A stretch of 64,000 bases of DNA from Prochlorococcus sp. AG-402-B19 (GCA_003279615.1 QCHM01000003.1:12908-76907); one strand, 5' to 3'; shown: positions 10,113 to 20,933, counted from the stretch's first letter. The notes: a model not told the origin generated them from the letters alone. Numbers and translations are program-made.

Positions 10113-11483
10113 TTGGAACCTTTTGCTTCTCCTCACAATTTAGATACTCAATTGCATTCTTTGCTTGGAGAAGCTTCTAGGAATCTTTGTGATTGGTTGG
10201 CAGATTCTGGCAGTCAAGGTCCTATTCCTGATTCATTTGATTTGCCTAAGGTTGCCCCGGAGAAAGAGGGGCTTTCTAATAGAGCTTTATTAAATGAACT
10301 ACGATTATTAATGAATGGTGCCTACAGACCATCTCATCCTGGAGCGCTTGCTCATTTAGATCCCCCCCCCTTATCAGCATCAATTGTTGGAGAATTAATT
10401 TGTGCAGGGTTAAATAATAATCTTTTAGCTGAAGAACTATCACCTTGCTTGTCTTCCTTGGAAAGAAATTTGTGCAAATGGTTTTGTGAGAAATTAGGTC
10501 TTGGTCATTTATCTGGAGGTGTAGCAGCTAGTGGAGGGAGCTTAAGTAATTTAATGGCATTGGTTATGGCAAGAAATATTGCAGGTTTAGAAACAGATCC
10601 AAGTGCCGTCTTTTTTGCAAGTGATGATTCTCATGTCTCATTATCAAAAGCTGCTAAAGTAATGGGTCTGAAAAAAGAATCTTTAAAAAAAATTCCTACC
10701 GATGAAAAAGGGGAATTAAATGTCTCTTCCTTATCTTCAATATTTGAAAAATTAAAATCAGAGGGCAAAAAATGTTTTGCTGTTGTTGCAACAGCTGGAA
10801 CTACTGTAAGAGGATCTATTGATCCACTCGTTGATATTGCGCAATTTTGCCAAAAGGAAAATATTTGGCTTCATGTTGATGGAGCAATTGGTGCTATTTA
10901 TGGACTCTCACGAATCACTTCAGAACTACTTGAAGGCATAGGTTCTGCTAATTCCATAACTGTTAATCCTCAGAAATTATTAGGAATCGCTAAAACCTCT
11001 TCTTTACTATTAGTAGCCAATAAAAATTATCTTTCATCTACTTTCTCGACTGGATTGCCCTATGCAGAACCACTTACAGGAAATGATTTCCATGGAGGAG
11101 AACTAGGAATTCAAGGTACTAGATCTGCTGAGTCTTTAAAATTGTGGATTGGCTTAAGACAATTAGGTGAGGTTGGTATTGAAAAAATACTTTTGGAATC
11201 AATTAAACGAAGATGTTATTTAGAATCAATGATTGACTCATCAAAATTTAAAATAATAACAGGTCCTCTTCATCTTCTAGCTTTCACACCAAACAATTAT
11301 AATTCTTCTCAGTCTTTTGATTGGTCTAAAAAAACAAGAAACTCTTTATTAACAAGTAAGTTTATGCTTTCAAGGCCAATTTATGGAGATAGATATTATT
11401 TAAAAGCTGTTTTGGGAAATCCTAATACTACATTTGATGATCTAAAAATTTTAGCCAGCCTTATCAACGAATCAATTAATTAA
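10113..11483 (+). CDS. Group II PLP-dependent decarboxylase
   Basis: SGGSLSNL, ATAGTT, WLHVDGA and NPQK (PLP lysine) motifs. Confidence 0.9.
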   Translation: MEPFASPHNLDTQLHSLLGEASRNLCDWLADSGSQGPIPDSFDLPKVAPEKEGLSNRALLNELRLLMNGAYRPSHPGALAHLDPPPLSASIVGELICAGLNNNLLAEELSPCLSSLERNLCKWFCEKLGLGHLSGGVAASGGSLSNLMALVMARNIAGLETDPSAVFFASDDSHVSLSKAAKVMGLKKESLKKIPTDEKGELNVSSLSSIFEKLKSEGKKCFAVVATAGTTVRGSIDPLVDIAQFCQKENIWLHVDGAIGAIYGLSRITSELLEGIGSANSITVNPQKLLGIAKTSSLLLVANKNYLSSTFSTGLPYAEPLTGNDFHGGELGIQGTRSAESLKLWIGLRQLGEVGIEKILLESIKRRCYLESMIDSSKFKIITGPLHLLAFTPNNYNSSQSFDWSKKTRNSLLTSKFMLSRPIYGDRYYLKAVLGNPNTTFDDLKILASLINESIN

Positions 11484-11489
11484 ATTTTT

Positions 11490-11654
11490 ATGAATAAAGA
11501 TTTCCTTAATAGAAAAAAATTATTAGCTCTCGTGACAGCTTTTATATCAATTCTAATTGGCTTGATTTACTTGGCATTAGTTTTTGCATTGGATTTTAGA
11601 GGACCTATGAATCCTCCTCCGTCCGAAGCCTTGATCTCGGTGGTAGCTTTTTAA
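11490..11654 (+). CDS. Small single-TM protein, 54 aa (not in ORF track)
   Basis: Hand translation: MNKDFLNRKKLLALVTAFISILIGLIYLALVFALDFRGPMNPPPSEALISVVAF*. Basic N-terminus, one TM helix, LDFRGPM-x-PPP tail; starts 6 nt after the upstream stop. Confidence 0.75.
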   Translation: MNKDFLNRKKLLALVTAFISILIGLIYLALVFALDFRGPMNPPPSEALISVVAF

Positions 11655-13149
11655 ATTTCTTTTCAACTAATGGATCAATAACTCTTTCATAAGCTCTTTG
11701 TATGAAACTTTTAAAATACTCATCTCTTTTATTTAATTTATAATGATATTCAACGACTTCTTGGATACCTCCATCTCCCCAGCTTTGGTCTTGTTGGAAA
11801 TAAGTTATAAAACTTGCTCCTGCAATTCTAGTAAGCCATGAAACACTCACACCTTGAATTACTTTGCTAACAATAAATGTTGGTAGCGATAAACTTAATG
11901 TTGCGCTAATTAGAGAAACTCCGCCTTTAACTAAACCCAAAGTGACAAGTATTTTACCTACAGATAAAGCTAAACTCTTTGCTTTTTCCTTTGTGATTTC
12001 TACGCCATAGATTTTTGCTATTTCTATTACCATTTGTGCATTTACTGCCGCTGCCGCTATCATATCGATAACAGGTAATGGAGTTAATATTAGTATTCCA
12101 CTACTGAGCCAACCATATTTATCAACACATCTTTTAGCTGATATAGTTCTTTGTTTAACTAATAATCTTTTTCCTTCCTTACCAAGATTGCTGCATTGAA
12201 GTAATATGTTATCAGCTATTAATTCTTCACCTTCTTCATGTAATATATTTGCCAATCTTTTAATTAAACTACTAATTTCAGGTTCTGGTTGATATGGTCT
12301 TTCCCCTGGTAATGCGATTGTTTGAGGCGAGGCGGAAGTGCAAATAATATCCTCTGGACCAATAAAATCTCTACATCTAGCATTAAGAATCTGAATTAAT
12401 CTTCTTTCTTCATTCTCTCCTCTTAAATCTATTTTGTTAAGTACAAGTAAAAGCCTCTTGCCTAATTTAGATAAATTACTAATTGTTTTTGTTTCCTCTG
12501 AGCGTAAATCACTATCTATTATTACTAGCATTAAATCAGCCTTGCGTGCCTGAACTAATGCACTTTTCTCCCTTTCTCTCCCATCTCTACCAGCTTCTAG
12601 AATCCCAGGTGTATCAATAATCTTTATTCCTCTACTTAGTCCTTTTAGTTTTAGTCTGTATGATTCTTTGGTTTTTGTCGAGCCCATTTCTGGACTGACT
12701 TGACCAACTATTCTTTTTAGCAAAGCTCTTATTAATGAAGTTTTACCGCTAGATCCAATTCCAAAAACTACTAATATAATATCTCCTCTTTCTAGCTCTA
12801 ATGAAACCCTGTCCTTTTCGGCTTTTAGGGCTTTGGCTTTAACTTTGTCATTTATTAAGGAGATTAAATTTTCAATACTTTCTAATGATTTGTCTGCAGC
12901 CTGTTTCTTACTTGTTAATGATAGATCTAGTAATTTTTTTTCTTTTTTAATTTTTAAAAAGGAATTTAATATTTCATGAAACCATCCAATTCTTTTGTAA
13001 TAGCTTAAGCCACATATTATTATAAGTGTAACTATAATTGCAGGTATATTTATTAATCTAATAATTGCTCCAACCAGTCCTACAAGTATTAAACTAATCA
13101 AAGTTATAAATATATAAATTAATATTTTTTTAGAATTAATTTTTCTCAT
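11605..13149 (-). CDS. Membrane-anchored GTPase with DUF697/YcjF domain
   Basis: N-terminal TMs, G1 GIGSSGKTS, G3 DTPG, G4 NKID, and a C-terminal TPLPVIDM..WLTRIAG segment. Confidence 0.88.
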   Translation of the reverse strand: MRKINSKKILIYIFITLISLILVGLVGAIIRLINIPAIIVTLIIICGLSYYKRIGWFHEILNSFLKIKKEKKLLDLSLTSKKQAADKSLESIENLISLINDKVKAKALKAEKDRVSLELERGDIILVVFGIGSSGKTSLIRALLKRIVGQVSPEMGSTKTKESYRLKLKGLSRGIKIIDTPGILEAGRDGREREKSALVQARKADLMLVIIDSDLRSEETKTISNLSKLGKRLLLVLNKIDLRGENEERRLIQILNARCRDFIGPEDIICTSASPQTIALPGERPYQPEPEISSLIKRLANILHEEGEELIADNILLQCSNLGKEGKRLLVKQRTISAKRCVDKYGWLSSGILILTPLPVIDMIAAAAVNAQMVIEIAKIYGVEITKEKAKSLALSVGKILVTLGLVKGGVSLISATLSLSLPTFIVSKVIQGVSVSWLTRIAGASFITYFQQDQSWGDGGIQEVVEYHYKLNKRDEYFKSFIQRAYERVIDPLVEKKFKKLPPRSRLRTEEDS

Positions 13150-13165
13150 GTAATAATTATTGTAT

Positions 13166-13642
13166 TTAGTATTTTGATTTATACCTTGTTCTAACTATAT
13201 CAATAATAAAACATATTACAGCAATATTAATTGATATATCTGCTAAATTAAAAATAGGGAAATTAATAGGAACTATCTCTAAAAAATCTACTACATAACC
13301 TTTCAAAATTCTATCTATTCCATTTCCGACTGTTCCACCTAAAAGATAAGCAAGTCCTATTGAATTCCAATAAGACTTTGGTAAAGATCTTAGTATCAAA
13401 GTAACTATTAGAAATGAAGCTATAACACTTATAATTGTAAGAATTAATGTTGAATCATTGAAGAGGCTAAATGCAGCACCTTTATTTTTTACTAGAGTAA
13501 AGTTCAATAAATTAGGAATAATGTTTTTTGATCTTTCAAAGTCTAATTTTTTAAGGACTAAAAATTTACTTACTTGATCTAATAAAATAATAGAAAAGGA
13601 ATAATATAATATTTTTTGTTTTCTATTATTAAATAAAATCAT
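13166..13642 (-). CDS. lspA: Lipoprotein signal peptidase II
   Basis: LDQVSK, NKGAAFSL, GNGIDR, VVDF and FNLAD motifs. ATG at 13642 overlaps the bioY stop (ATGA). Confidence 0.93.
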   Translation of the reverse strand: MILFNNRKQKILYYSFSIILLDQVSKFLVLKKLDFERSKNIIPNLLNFTLVKNKGAAFSLFNDSTLILTIISVIASFLIVTLILRSLPKSYWNSIGLAYLLGGTVGNGIDRILKGYVVDFLEIVPINFPIFNLADISINIAVICFIIDIVRTRYKSKY

Positions 13643-14220
13643 TTTATCATTAATAAATTTTTTAGTAGAAATGATATTAGGCTTATTGAAAAGCATAGTA
13701 ATAATTGAGTTGGAAATGGTATTAGAGTATTTATTAAAATTAAATCTGATAAATCAACCATCCAGTTCCCAAATATGTTACCAATAATCAGATAAAATAT
13801 ACCTGTAAAATGTAAAACACATAATGATAGAAATGTATAAAGTGAATAATTGATTAAACTAGCATCTGAATTGCTTTTGGATAAAAAACCACATATCCAT
13901 GCGGCAGGAATAAATCCTAATAAGTATCCAAATTCAGGAGTTAAAATATAGCCAACGCTACCACCTCCATGAAAAACAGGTAAATAAAATAATCCTATAA
14001 TCAAATAGGAAATAGAACAGGTAGTTCCTATTTGAGGGCCGCAAAGAAGCGAAGTCAAAAACAGACCTTGTATTTGCCAATGGCTATTTAGTGGAATGAT
14101 TGAGAGAGACAGGTCTTTTTGAGGCAAAATTATTGATGACGGTATCATTGCGCAAATTATGATTAACATTACGCCTGTTATTGCTTTTGCCCCGCTACTA
14201 AATATGTTCAATGAATTCAA
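13639..14220 (-). CDS. bioY: Biotin transporter S component BioY
   Basis: GL..LPVFHGGG and P-x-FGYLLGF motifs. Confidence 0.88.
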   Translation of the reverse strand: MNSLNIFSSGAKAITGVMLIIICAMIPSSIILPQKDLSLSIIPLNSHWQIQGLFLTSLLCGPQIGTTCSISYLIIGLFYLPVFHGGGSVGYILTPEFGYLLGFIPAAWICGFLSKSNSDASLINYSLYTFLSLCVLHFTGIFYLIIGNIFGNWMVDLSDLILINTLIPFPTQLLLCFSISLISFLLKNLLMIK

Positions 14221-14315
14221 TTAGTAGATCTTATATAGTATTATTTCCAAATTGATTGATATGTCAATAAAATCATCTAAAACTATTTAACTGTTCTTAA
14301 AATCATTTAAGCGTA

Positions 14316-14537
14316 ATGAAATTTTCAATTGGTTTACAGGTATCATTACAAGTTCCAATGCCTTATCTCAAAACGGTAGATACAATATCAATGTTAAGAC
14401 CTCCTGATCTTGTCTCCCTAGACGAAGTGGGAACAATAATTGGAATGAGGGCCAAGGATTTATTAGAAGTAAAATTTAGAAGGGGAATATTTTTAATACC
14501 TGCGGAAAGACTTAAGATTGTTGAAAAGGAAAAATAA
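14316..14537 (+). CDS. sipA: NblS-interacting protein SipA (DUF3148)
   Basis: PYLKT-x-D-x-x-x-MLRPPDLV..E-x-G and V-x-FRRG-x-FLI motifs. Confidence 0.8.
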   Translation: MKFSIGLQVSLQVPMPYLKTVDTISMLRPPDLVSLDEVGTIIGMRAKDLLEVKFRRGIFLIPAERLKIVEKEK

Positions 14538-14554
14538 GTTTAAAAACTTTGAAC

Positions 14555-15805
14555 TTATTTATCCCAATATTTACTGATTTTCTGAACAACTTCTTTGTTG
14601 CTACATATACTCAGAGAAGGATTCCTTAAATATAAATTTGCTGCCTTTCTTATCTCTTTGCTACTTATACTTTCCAGTCGCAAAAGAGTTTCTTTTTCGT
14701 GATTTTCTTTTACTCCAATGCCCAAAAGATGAGCTTTATGCTCTGCTCTTTGACTAATGCTTTGCAATGAATGAGCTATTTGACCTCGGTACTTTATCTT
14801 TAAAATATATAATTCTTCCTCTGTTATCTCACTTTCGATAACTTTTTCCCAACACTCTTTTAACAACTTAAGAGTGAACACTGCCTTCTCCTCAGTAGTG
14901 GAAGCGTGCATAATAAATGGTGTTTGATTCTCCCTAATCGGATGATAAATCCCAGCTTCGTATACTACTCCATACCTTTCTCTTAGTATCTTAAATAATA
15001 CACTTGACATTCCATAACCTAAGTAACATGAAATTAATCTAAGCATAATATCTGCTTCATTATCATATTTAATTGTTGCTTTTCCAAGAATAAGAATTAC
15101 TTGTTGTGTCTTTATAGCTTTTGTATAGATACTGGATTTATTTTTTATAATGTCATTTTCTGAATTATGCATCTTCTCTGTCACCTTTGTTTTAATTAAA
15201 TTAACTTCATTTATATTCTTAAATGAAGTTAAATCTTTTATATATCTATCTACATCAATAGGATATTTTCCTGAAATAACTAAATTCTTATTTCTGTAGG
15301 TTAAAGAATTTCCTAGAGATAACAAATTATCTCTAGTTATTTTATTTATATCACTAATTGAACCAAGTGGGTCATGACCATATGGACCATTAGCATATAC
15401 TATCTTTCTCCATCCATCAAATGCTAATTGGTATGTACTCTCTTTTTGCCTTTTAATAGCTTTAATAGTTAGATCTTTTTCTAATTCAATCTGATCTTTT
15501 TCAAGTAATGGATTTGTAATCATCCAACCAATTAGAGGAATAAGATTATAAGCATCACTTTCTATACATTTAAGACTTATTAGAATACCATCTTCGTATG
15601 TATCACAATTTAAACTTGCACCTGAATTTTCTACTATTTCTGCAAGTTTATTATTGTTATAAGGGCCACAACCTCTAAGTATTGTTGAACTTAAAATTTG
15701 ATGAATACCTTTCTTATTTCTTGGATCAGCTCTACTTCCATCTTCTATCCATAGCTTTGCTGCCATTATATTTTTGCTATTACAATTGTCTAATATAATA
15801 TTCAT
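14555..15805 (-). CDS. M16 family peptidase, non-catalytic subunit
   Basis: M16 fold with degenerate HXXEH (HQILS); LRERYGVVYEAG. Confidence 0.85.
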   Translation of the reverse strand: MNIILDNCNSKNIMAAKLWIEDGSRADPRNKKGIHQILSSTILRGCGPYNNNKLAEIVENSGASLNCDTYEDGILISLKCIESDAYNLIPLIGWMITNPLLEKDQIELEKDLTIKAIKRQKESTYQLAFDGWRKIVYANGPYGHDPLGSISDINKITRDNLLSLGNSLTYRNKNLVISGKYPIDVDRYIKDLTSFKNINEVNLIKTKVTEKMHNSENDIIKNKSSIYTKAIKTQQVILILGKATIKYDNEADIMLRLISCYLGYGMSSVLFKILRERYGVVYEAGIYHPIRENQTPFIMHASTTEEKAVFTLKLLKECWEKVIESEITEEELYILKIKYRGQIAHSLQSISQRAEHKAHLLGIGVKENHEKETLLRLESISSKEIRKAANLYLRNPSLSICSNKEVVQKISKYWDK

Positions 15806-17040
15806 TTTTGACTTTCTGGTTCAGCTAATAATGTAAATGAGTTTTCTGGATCAAATATTGGATAAATAAACTCTTTTAGACGTTTTGTTGTCCAATATGA
15901 TATATCTTTTATGGATTTCAATATTGTTTGATGTCTTCCCCATAGAGCTTGATTACCTAACGTCGATGCAATTTGAGTACTTAACTCATGACTAAAATAA
16001 ATATTATTTTTGACTAAATTCTTTGCGCGCTCCAAATCTATTCTTGTGACTAAATTGCTAGTTAATTCGTTAAGAATTTTATTTATTTCTTTATCTGCAA
16101 TATTGAGATTATCTAATGGACAATATACATCTAGAAGAATTAAACCTCCTTCTTCAAGAATTTGCAAATCTATATCTATTGATTCAATAATACGCTTTTC
16201 TTCTCTTAACTTTTTAACAATAATACTACTTTTGCCTTCACATAACATTGTTGCAACAATTTCAACTCCTAAAATTAATATATGCTCTTTTGCAGGAGGA
16301 AGTTTCCATGCTTTCAAGATTCTTCCACCTTCAAGTCTAGGAATAAATTCTTTTTTATGACCTTTGTTAAAAGTGATTTCACTTTTATGAGTTGTTTTTT
16401 CTTTTGTTCTTTTTAATTGTTTAAGTTTACTCTCGTTAACTATAGAATAAATTTCTTTTGGTAGCATTCCTGCTATACATAGAGTGCAATTATTCCCTAC
16501 GTATTGATTCTTGTGAAATAGTTTCATTTGTTTGGCCATTAAATTATTAACTGTTGTTTTATCGCCTAATATTGGTCTTGAATATCTATGTGGAGAACAA
16601 CATTCTTTTAATAATTTCATGTAAATAATTTCATCGGGTTGCTCAATATTTTGTGCGATTTCCTCTAAAACAACTTCTTTCTCCATATCAAAAGCATTTT
16701 GTTCAATTTCTGGAAATAATAATAATTCTAATAATAGTCTAAGAGCTTCTTCTATATATTCTGGTGGAACTAGAACGTGATAGTGAACGTCATCAAGACC
16801 TGTTGCTGCATTACTACTTCCACCAAGGGATTCGATCTTTAAATCGAACTCACCTTCTTTCAAGTTTTTACTTCCTTTAAAAATCATATGTTCTAAGAAA
16901 TGTGCTATTCCTTCTTCATCTTTTACTTCATAAATACTTCCCCCTTTGCACCAAAAGTCAATACATGCCAATGTTGAATCCTCTATATCAGCTACAACAC
17001 ATGAAGCTCCATTAGGCAATGACCAATAATTGACTTCCAT
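15802..17040 (-). CDS. M16 family zinc peptidase, catalytic subunit
   Basis: GIAHFLEHMIFKG, SNAAT and EKEVVLEE motifs. Confidence 0.92.
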   Translation of the reverse strand: MEVNYWSLPNGASCVVADIEDSTLACIDFWCKGGSIYEVKDEEGIAHFLEHMIFKGSKNLKEGEFDLKIESLGGSSNAATGLDDVHYHVLVPPEYIEEALRLLLELLLFPEIEQNAFDMEKEVVLEEIAQNIEQPDEIIYMKLLKECCSPHRYSRPILGDKTTVNNLMAKQMKLFHKNQYVGNNCTLCIAGMLPKEIYSIVNESKLKQLKRTKEKTTHKSEITFNKGHKKEFIPRLEGGRILKAWKLPPAKEHILILGVEIVATMLCEGKSSIIVKKLREEKRIIESIDIDLQILEEGGLILLDVYCPLDNLNIADKEINKILNELTSNLVTRIDLERAKNLVKNNIYFSHELSTQIASTLGNQALWGRHQTILKSIKDISYWTTKRLKEFIYPIFDPENSFTLLAEPESQK

Positions 17041-17358
17041 TCCGAATATTTTTTCTAAGTCTAATTCTTTATGCTATATGAATATATACGAAATTGATTT
17101 ATTATTTTTAAAATGATAAAATTATTATTTTTATATTTATAATTATTAATTCATTTAAAATATATTTAATTTCATTTGATTAATATTATTTTAGTTTTTA
17201 GTATTAAGAATTTAAAGCTTATTATGGATTCCCTTAGGGTGACATAAAACAGTTATTTTTTTATTTTTAGCCTAAATAACCATATAATAGTTGCAAAAGT
17301 CTAAAGATAAAAAGTTTTTATGATTCTTTCCCCAACCCTTTAGTACGCATTATTAGTT

Positions 17359-18084
17359 TTGAAGTCAGTTTTTTGCATTCAAAGTAAATTGCATCCTCTT
17401 TTAGTCGAGGCTATCAAACTTATAAAGAATAGAATCAGTTCCTTGTCTGATGTTAAATCTCTAAGCTTTGATCCAGCATCGAGCGAGATCTATAGCAATT
17501 TAAACAAAGAAGAATTATTTATTTTCAATGAGTTTTATCAAGCCAAAGGATTTAGAAAAATTCATTTGGAAGTTGCAAAACTAGGAAAGTCATTTCAGAT
17601 ACTGCACTGCGTTTTTTTTCCAGACCCATGCTATGAGCTTCCTATATTTGGAGTTGACTTGGTTTTTAGTTTTAATAATATTTCTGCTGCCATACTTGAT
17701 TTGTCACCTGTTGGTAAAGATTTGCCTCTTCTTTTGAGATCCCAAATTGAATCTATAGAAGTCCCCAAATTCAAAGAACCTAGAACGCTTCCAGATTGGG
17801 GATTTATCTTCTCCCCTTATGTATGCTTTGTTCGCCCAGTAAATTTGAACGAAGAAAAATCTTTTTTGAAACTCATTGATCAATATTTATCATTATTGTG
17901 TTCTTTGGTTATGATTGTAAAAATTGATGATATTAATTCATTAGATATGATAGATAGATTGAAATATCAAAAAAGATATTGTTTCAATCAAAAATGTAAT
18001 GATAAAACAAGAGTTATTTTATCAAAATACTTTGGCTCATCCTGGGCTGATGAATATATTGATAAAATTCTATTTGAGTGTTAG
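17359..18084 (+). CDS. pcyA: Phycocyanobilin:ferredoxin oxidoreductase
   Basis: FRKIHLEVA, ILHCVFFP, LPIFGVDLV, DLSP, WG-x-IFS and NDKTR motifs. Confidence 0.88.
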   Translation: MKSVFCIQSKLHPLLVEAIKLIKNRISSLSDVKSLSFDPASSEIYSNLNKEELFIFNEFYQAKGFRKIHLEVAKLGKSFQILHCVFFPDPCYELPIFGVDLVFSFNNISAAILDLSPVGKDLPLLLRSQIESIEVPKFKEPRTLPDWGFIFSPYVCFVRPVNLNEEKSFLKLIDQYLSLLCSLVMIVKIDDINSLDMIDRLKYQKRYCFNQKCNDKTRVILSKYFGSSWADEYIDKILFEC

Positions 18085-18086
18085 TG

Positions 18087-18995
18087 ATGTTTAGAAATTA
18101 TTTTTATAAATTGTTTTTAAATGCCTGCATAACACCCTTATGCCTTCTTTCATTTTATGGATGTAATAATAAAGACTTAGAAGAAAATAAACTTATTAAT
18201 AATAGAGGAGTTGTAGAAAAAATAGAAGGTGTTGCAGCTCTCGGTCAATTAAACCCTCTTGGAGAAGTAAGGCAATTAGCAGCTCCCACGAGTGGGAAAG
18301 GGGGTACTCCCAGATTATCTAAATTATTAGTTCAAGAAGGCGACTCAATCTTCAAGGAACAGATTTTAGCTGTTTTTGATAATCGTCCAAAACTTGAAGC
18401 AGATTTATCAGTTGAACTTGCTAATTTAAAGATCTTAATGAATGAAATTAGAATTCAAAAAAGAGAAATTGATAGATATCAAGAACTTGTCGATAAAAGT
18501 GTAGTAGCTCCTATTGTTTTGGATAAGATGCAAGATGAACTGATTAATTTAGATTTTAGGAAGTTAAAACTTAAATCAACTATAAATGGAATTAAATTTG
18601 ATTTAGAACAAACACAATTAAAAAGTCCAATTGATGGAATTGTTCTTCAAATATTATCCCGTGAAGGTGAAAAACCAAATTCTTCTGGTGTCCTTAATGT
18701 TGGAGCCACTCAATCAATGGAAGCACTTATTGAAGTGTATGAATCAGATATTGATAGAGTTGCAATAGGTCAGGTTGTTGATTTGATTAGTGAGAATGGA
18801 GGATTTAATGGTTCGTTAATAGGTCAAGTAAGTTTAATCAGCCCACAAGTTAGACAAAGACGAGTGCTTTCAACCGATCCCACTGGTGATGCTGATTCAA
18901 GAGTTATTGAGGTTAGAGTCAAGCTTGATAATGCGTCGGCAAAAAAGGTTTCTCATTTAACTGGAATGAAAGTCATTGCTCGTTTTCAGCCATAG
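18087..18995 (+). CDS. devB: DevB-type membrane fusion protein
   Basis: ALGQLNP, VQEGD, LKSPIDG and VYESDI motifs; first gene of the devBCA-like operon (ORF track start 18078). Confidence 0.85.
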   Translation: MFRNYFYKLFLNACITPLCLLSFYGCNNKDLEENKLINNRGVVEKIEGVAALGQLNPLGEVRQLAAPTSGKGGTPRLSKLLVQEGDSIFKEQILAVFDNRPKLEADLSVELANLKILMNEIRIQKREIDRYQELVDKSVVAPIVLDKMQDELINLDFRKLKLKSTINGIKFDLEQTQLKSPIDGIVLQILSREGEKPNSSGVLNVGATQSMEALIEVYESDIDRVAIGQVVDLISENGGFNGSLIGQVSLISPQVRQRRVLSTDPTGDADSRVIEVRVKLDNASAKKVSHLTGMKVIARFQP

Positions 18996-20170
18996 TGAAT
19001 CTAAAAGAAATCTTTAATACAAGAAAGATACCTCTTGCTTGGCTTTTGCTGACAAGACAACCTCTAAGAATACTTGTGGCTATTGCTGGAATATCTTTTG
19101 CTGGGATATTGATGTTTATGCAATTAGGCTTTAGAGATGGTTTATTTGACGCAAGTGTTACGGTCCATAAGTTGTTTAATGCCGACTTGGTCTTAATTAG
19201 TCCTCGTTCAAAAAGTTCAATAAGTATGAGCGGGTTTCCTCGCAGAAGATTAGTTCAAGCAATGGCACATAAAGATGTTGTTGGCACAACAGCAGTTAAT
19301 TGGAATTTCTTGCTTTGGCGAAACCCTCAAAATTTATCAACAAGATCTATTCTTGCTCTAGGTTTTGAGCCCGGTAAACCATTATTAGTTGATTCCGATT
19401 TTAAAAGAAAAGCTGAAACTTTAAAAAACAAAGGTAGGGTTTTGTTTGATGATCTTTCTAGAGATGAATTTGGTCCTATTTCTTCATGGTTTAACTCAGG
19501 TCGTTTGGTAGAAACGGAGGTTGCTGGAAAAAGAGTAAGAGTTTCTGGAATAGTTAGTTTGGGTCCTTCATTTGGTGCAGATGGGAATTTAATTACTAGC
19601 AGAGAAACATACTTAGACTTATCTCCAGGTAATCCTCAAGGAAGTATAGAAATTGGTTTGGTAAGGTTAAATAAAGGATCTGATATTGAAAAAGTTGTTA
19701 GCTCTTTGAATTTAAGTTTACCCAGTGATGTTAAGGTAATGTCTTTAAAATCGTTTATAGATTTTGAAAAGAATTATTGGAAAAGTAGTACATCTATTGG
19801 TTTCATTTTTACATTAGGTGCTGCTATGGGATTTGTTGTGGGATGTGTAATTGTTTATCAAATTCTTTATAGTGATGTCAGTGATCATTTGGCAGAATAT
19901 GCAACCTTAATGGCAATGGGTTATAATTTAAGAAGCCTTTTGGGTGTTGTTGCTAGAGAGGGTTTTATTTTATCAATAATGGGATATGTTCCTGCCTATA
20001 TATCAGGACAAGCTTTATATGCACTAGTTAGATCATCAACAAAACTACCTGTTGAAATGAGTTACAGTAGAGCATTAATTATATTTTTACTAATACTTTT
20101 TATGTGTATGGGATCTGCAGTAGTAGCTATGAAAAAGTTGGCAGATGCTGATCCTGCTGAAATATTTTGA
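18995..20170 (+). CDS. devC: DevC-type ABC transporter permease
   Basis: PLAWL, LMFMQLGF, YQILYSDV..EYATL and ADPAEIF motifs. Confidence 0.92.
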   Translation: MNLKEIFNTRKIPLAWLLLTRQPLRILVAIAGISFAGILMFMQLGFRDGLFDASVTVHKLFNADLVLISPRSKSSISMSGFPRRRLVQAMAHKDVVGTTAVNWNFLLWRNPQNLSTRSILALGFEPGKPLLVDSDFKRKAETLKNKGRVLFDDLSRDEFGPISSWFNSGRLVETEVAGKRVRVSGIVSLGPSFGADGNLITSRETYLDLSPGNPQGSIEIGLVRLNKGSDIEKVVSSLNLSLPSDVKVMSLKSFIDFEKNYWKSSTSIGFIFTLGAAMGFVVGCVIVYQILYSDVSDHLAEYATLMAMGYNLRSLLGVVAREGFILSIMGYVPAYISGQALYALVRSSTKLPVEMSYSRALIIFLLILFMCMGSAVVAMKKLADADPAEIF

Positions 20171-20202
20171 TGAATAATTATGCAGTTTAAATTAAATATT
20201 AT

Positions 20203-20895
20203 ATGAATAATTTACATAAAAAAACCATAAAAATTGTTTCTTTGAATCATTGGTATGGCAAAGGAGAAATGAAAAGACATGTTCTTCAGTCTATTTCAAT
20301 GGAAATCTCTCCTGGTGAAGTTGTTTTACTTACAGGCCCTTCGGGTTGTGGAAAAACCACGCTTCTCACTTTGATTGGAGCACTTCGTCAAGTTCAAGAT
20401 GGTGATCTCAAAGTATTTGGAAAACAGCTTTTCGGAGCCAGTAGGAAAACTAGGCAGAACCTTAGAAAGAATATTGGTATGATTTTTCAAGGTCACAATC
20501 TTTTGAGATGTCTTACCGCTGAACAAAATGTTCAAATGGGAGCTGACCTTTTAAATGGCTTTTCTTATAAGGCTCGAAGATCTCAGTCTAGAGAATGGCT
20601 TAGAGCTGTTGGGTTAGAAGATCATATGTCTAAGTTGCCGCACGACTTGTCAGGTGGCCAAAAACAGCGAGTCGCCATTGCTAGAGCTCTTGCCGCTAAA
20701 CCAAAATTGTTATTGGCGGATGAACCAACTTCTGCATTGGATAGGTCCACTGGTAGAGAGATTGTTGACTTATTGAAAAAACTAGCTTTAGAACAAGCCT
20801 GTTCAGTATTGATGGTTACTCATGATCCGAGAATATTAGATGTAGCAGATCGTCTCTTGCAAATGGAAGATGGCCAATTATTGCCCTCTGTTTAG
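20203..20895 (+). CDS. devA: DevA-type ABC transporter ATPase
   Basis: Walker A GPSGCGKT, LSGGQ signature, LLADEPT. Confidence 0.92.
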   Translation: MNNLHKKTIKIVSLNHWYGKGEMKRHVLQSISMEISPGEVVLLTGPSGCGKTTLLTLIGALRQVQDGDLKVFGKQLFGASRKTRQNLRKNIGMIFQGHNLLRCLTAEQNVQMGADLLNGFSYKARRSQSREWLRAVGLEDHMSKLPHDLSGGQKQRVAIARALAAKPKLLLADEPTSALDRSTGREIVDLLKKLALEQACSVLMVTHDPRILDVADRLLQMEDGQLLPSV

Positions 20896-20933
20896 TAAAT
20901 TAGATAGATACGTAAAATCTGTCCTAATTAAGC

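Noticed and set aside
14555-15805. M16 gene lacking HXXEH as a possible pseudogene
   Set aside because: The ORF is intact and coupled to a catalytic partner; heterodimeric M16B peptidases normally include a non-catalytic subunit.
17041-17358. 318-bp extremely AT-rich intergenic region between the M16 peptidase and pcyA
   Set aside because: No convincing ORF, repeat or stable hairpin. Consistent with divergent promoters; an sRNA cannot be supported from sequence alone.
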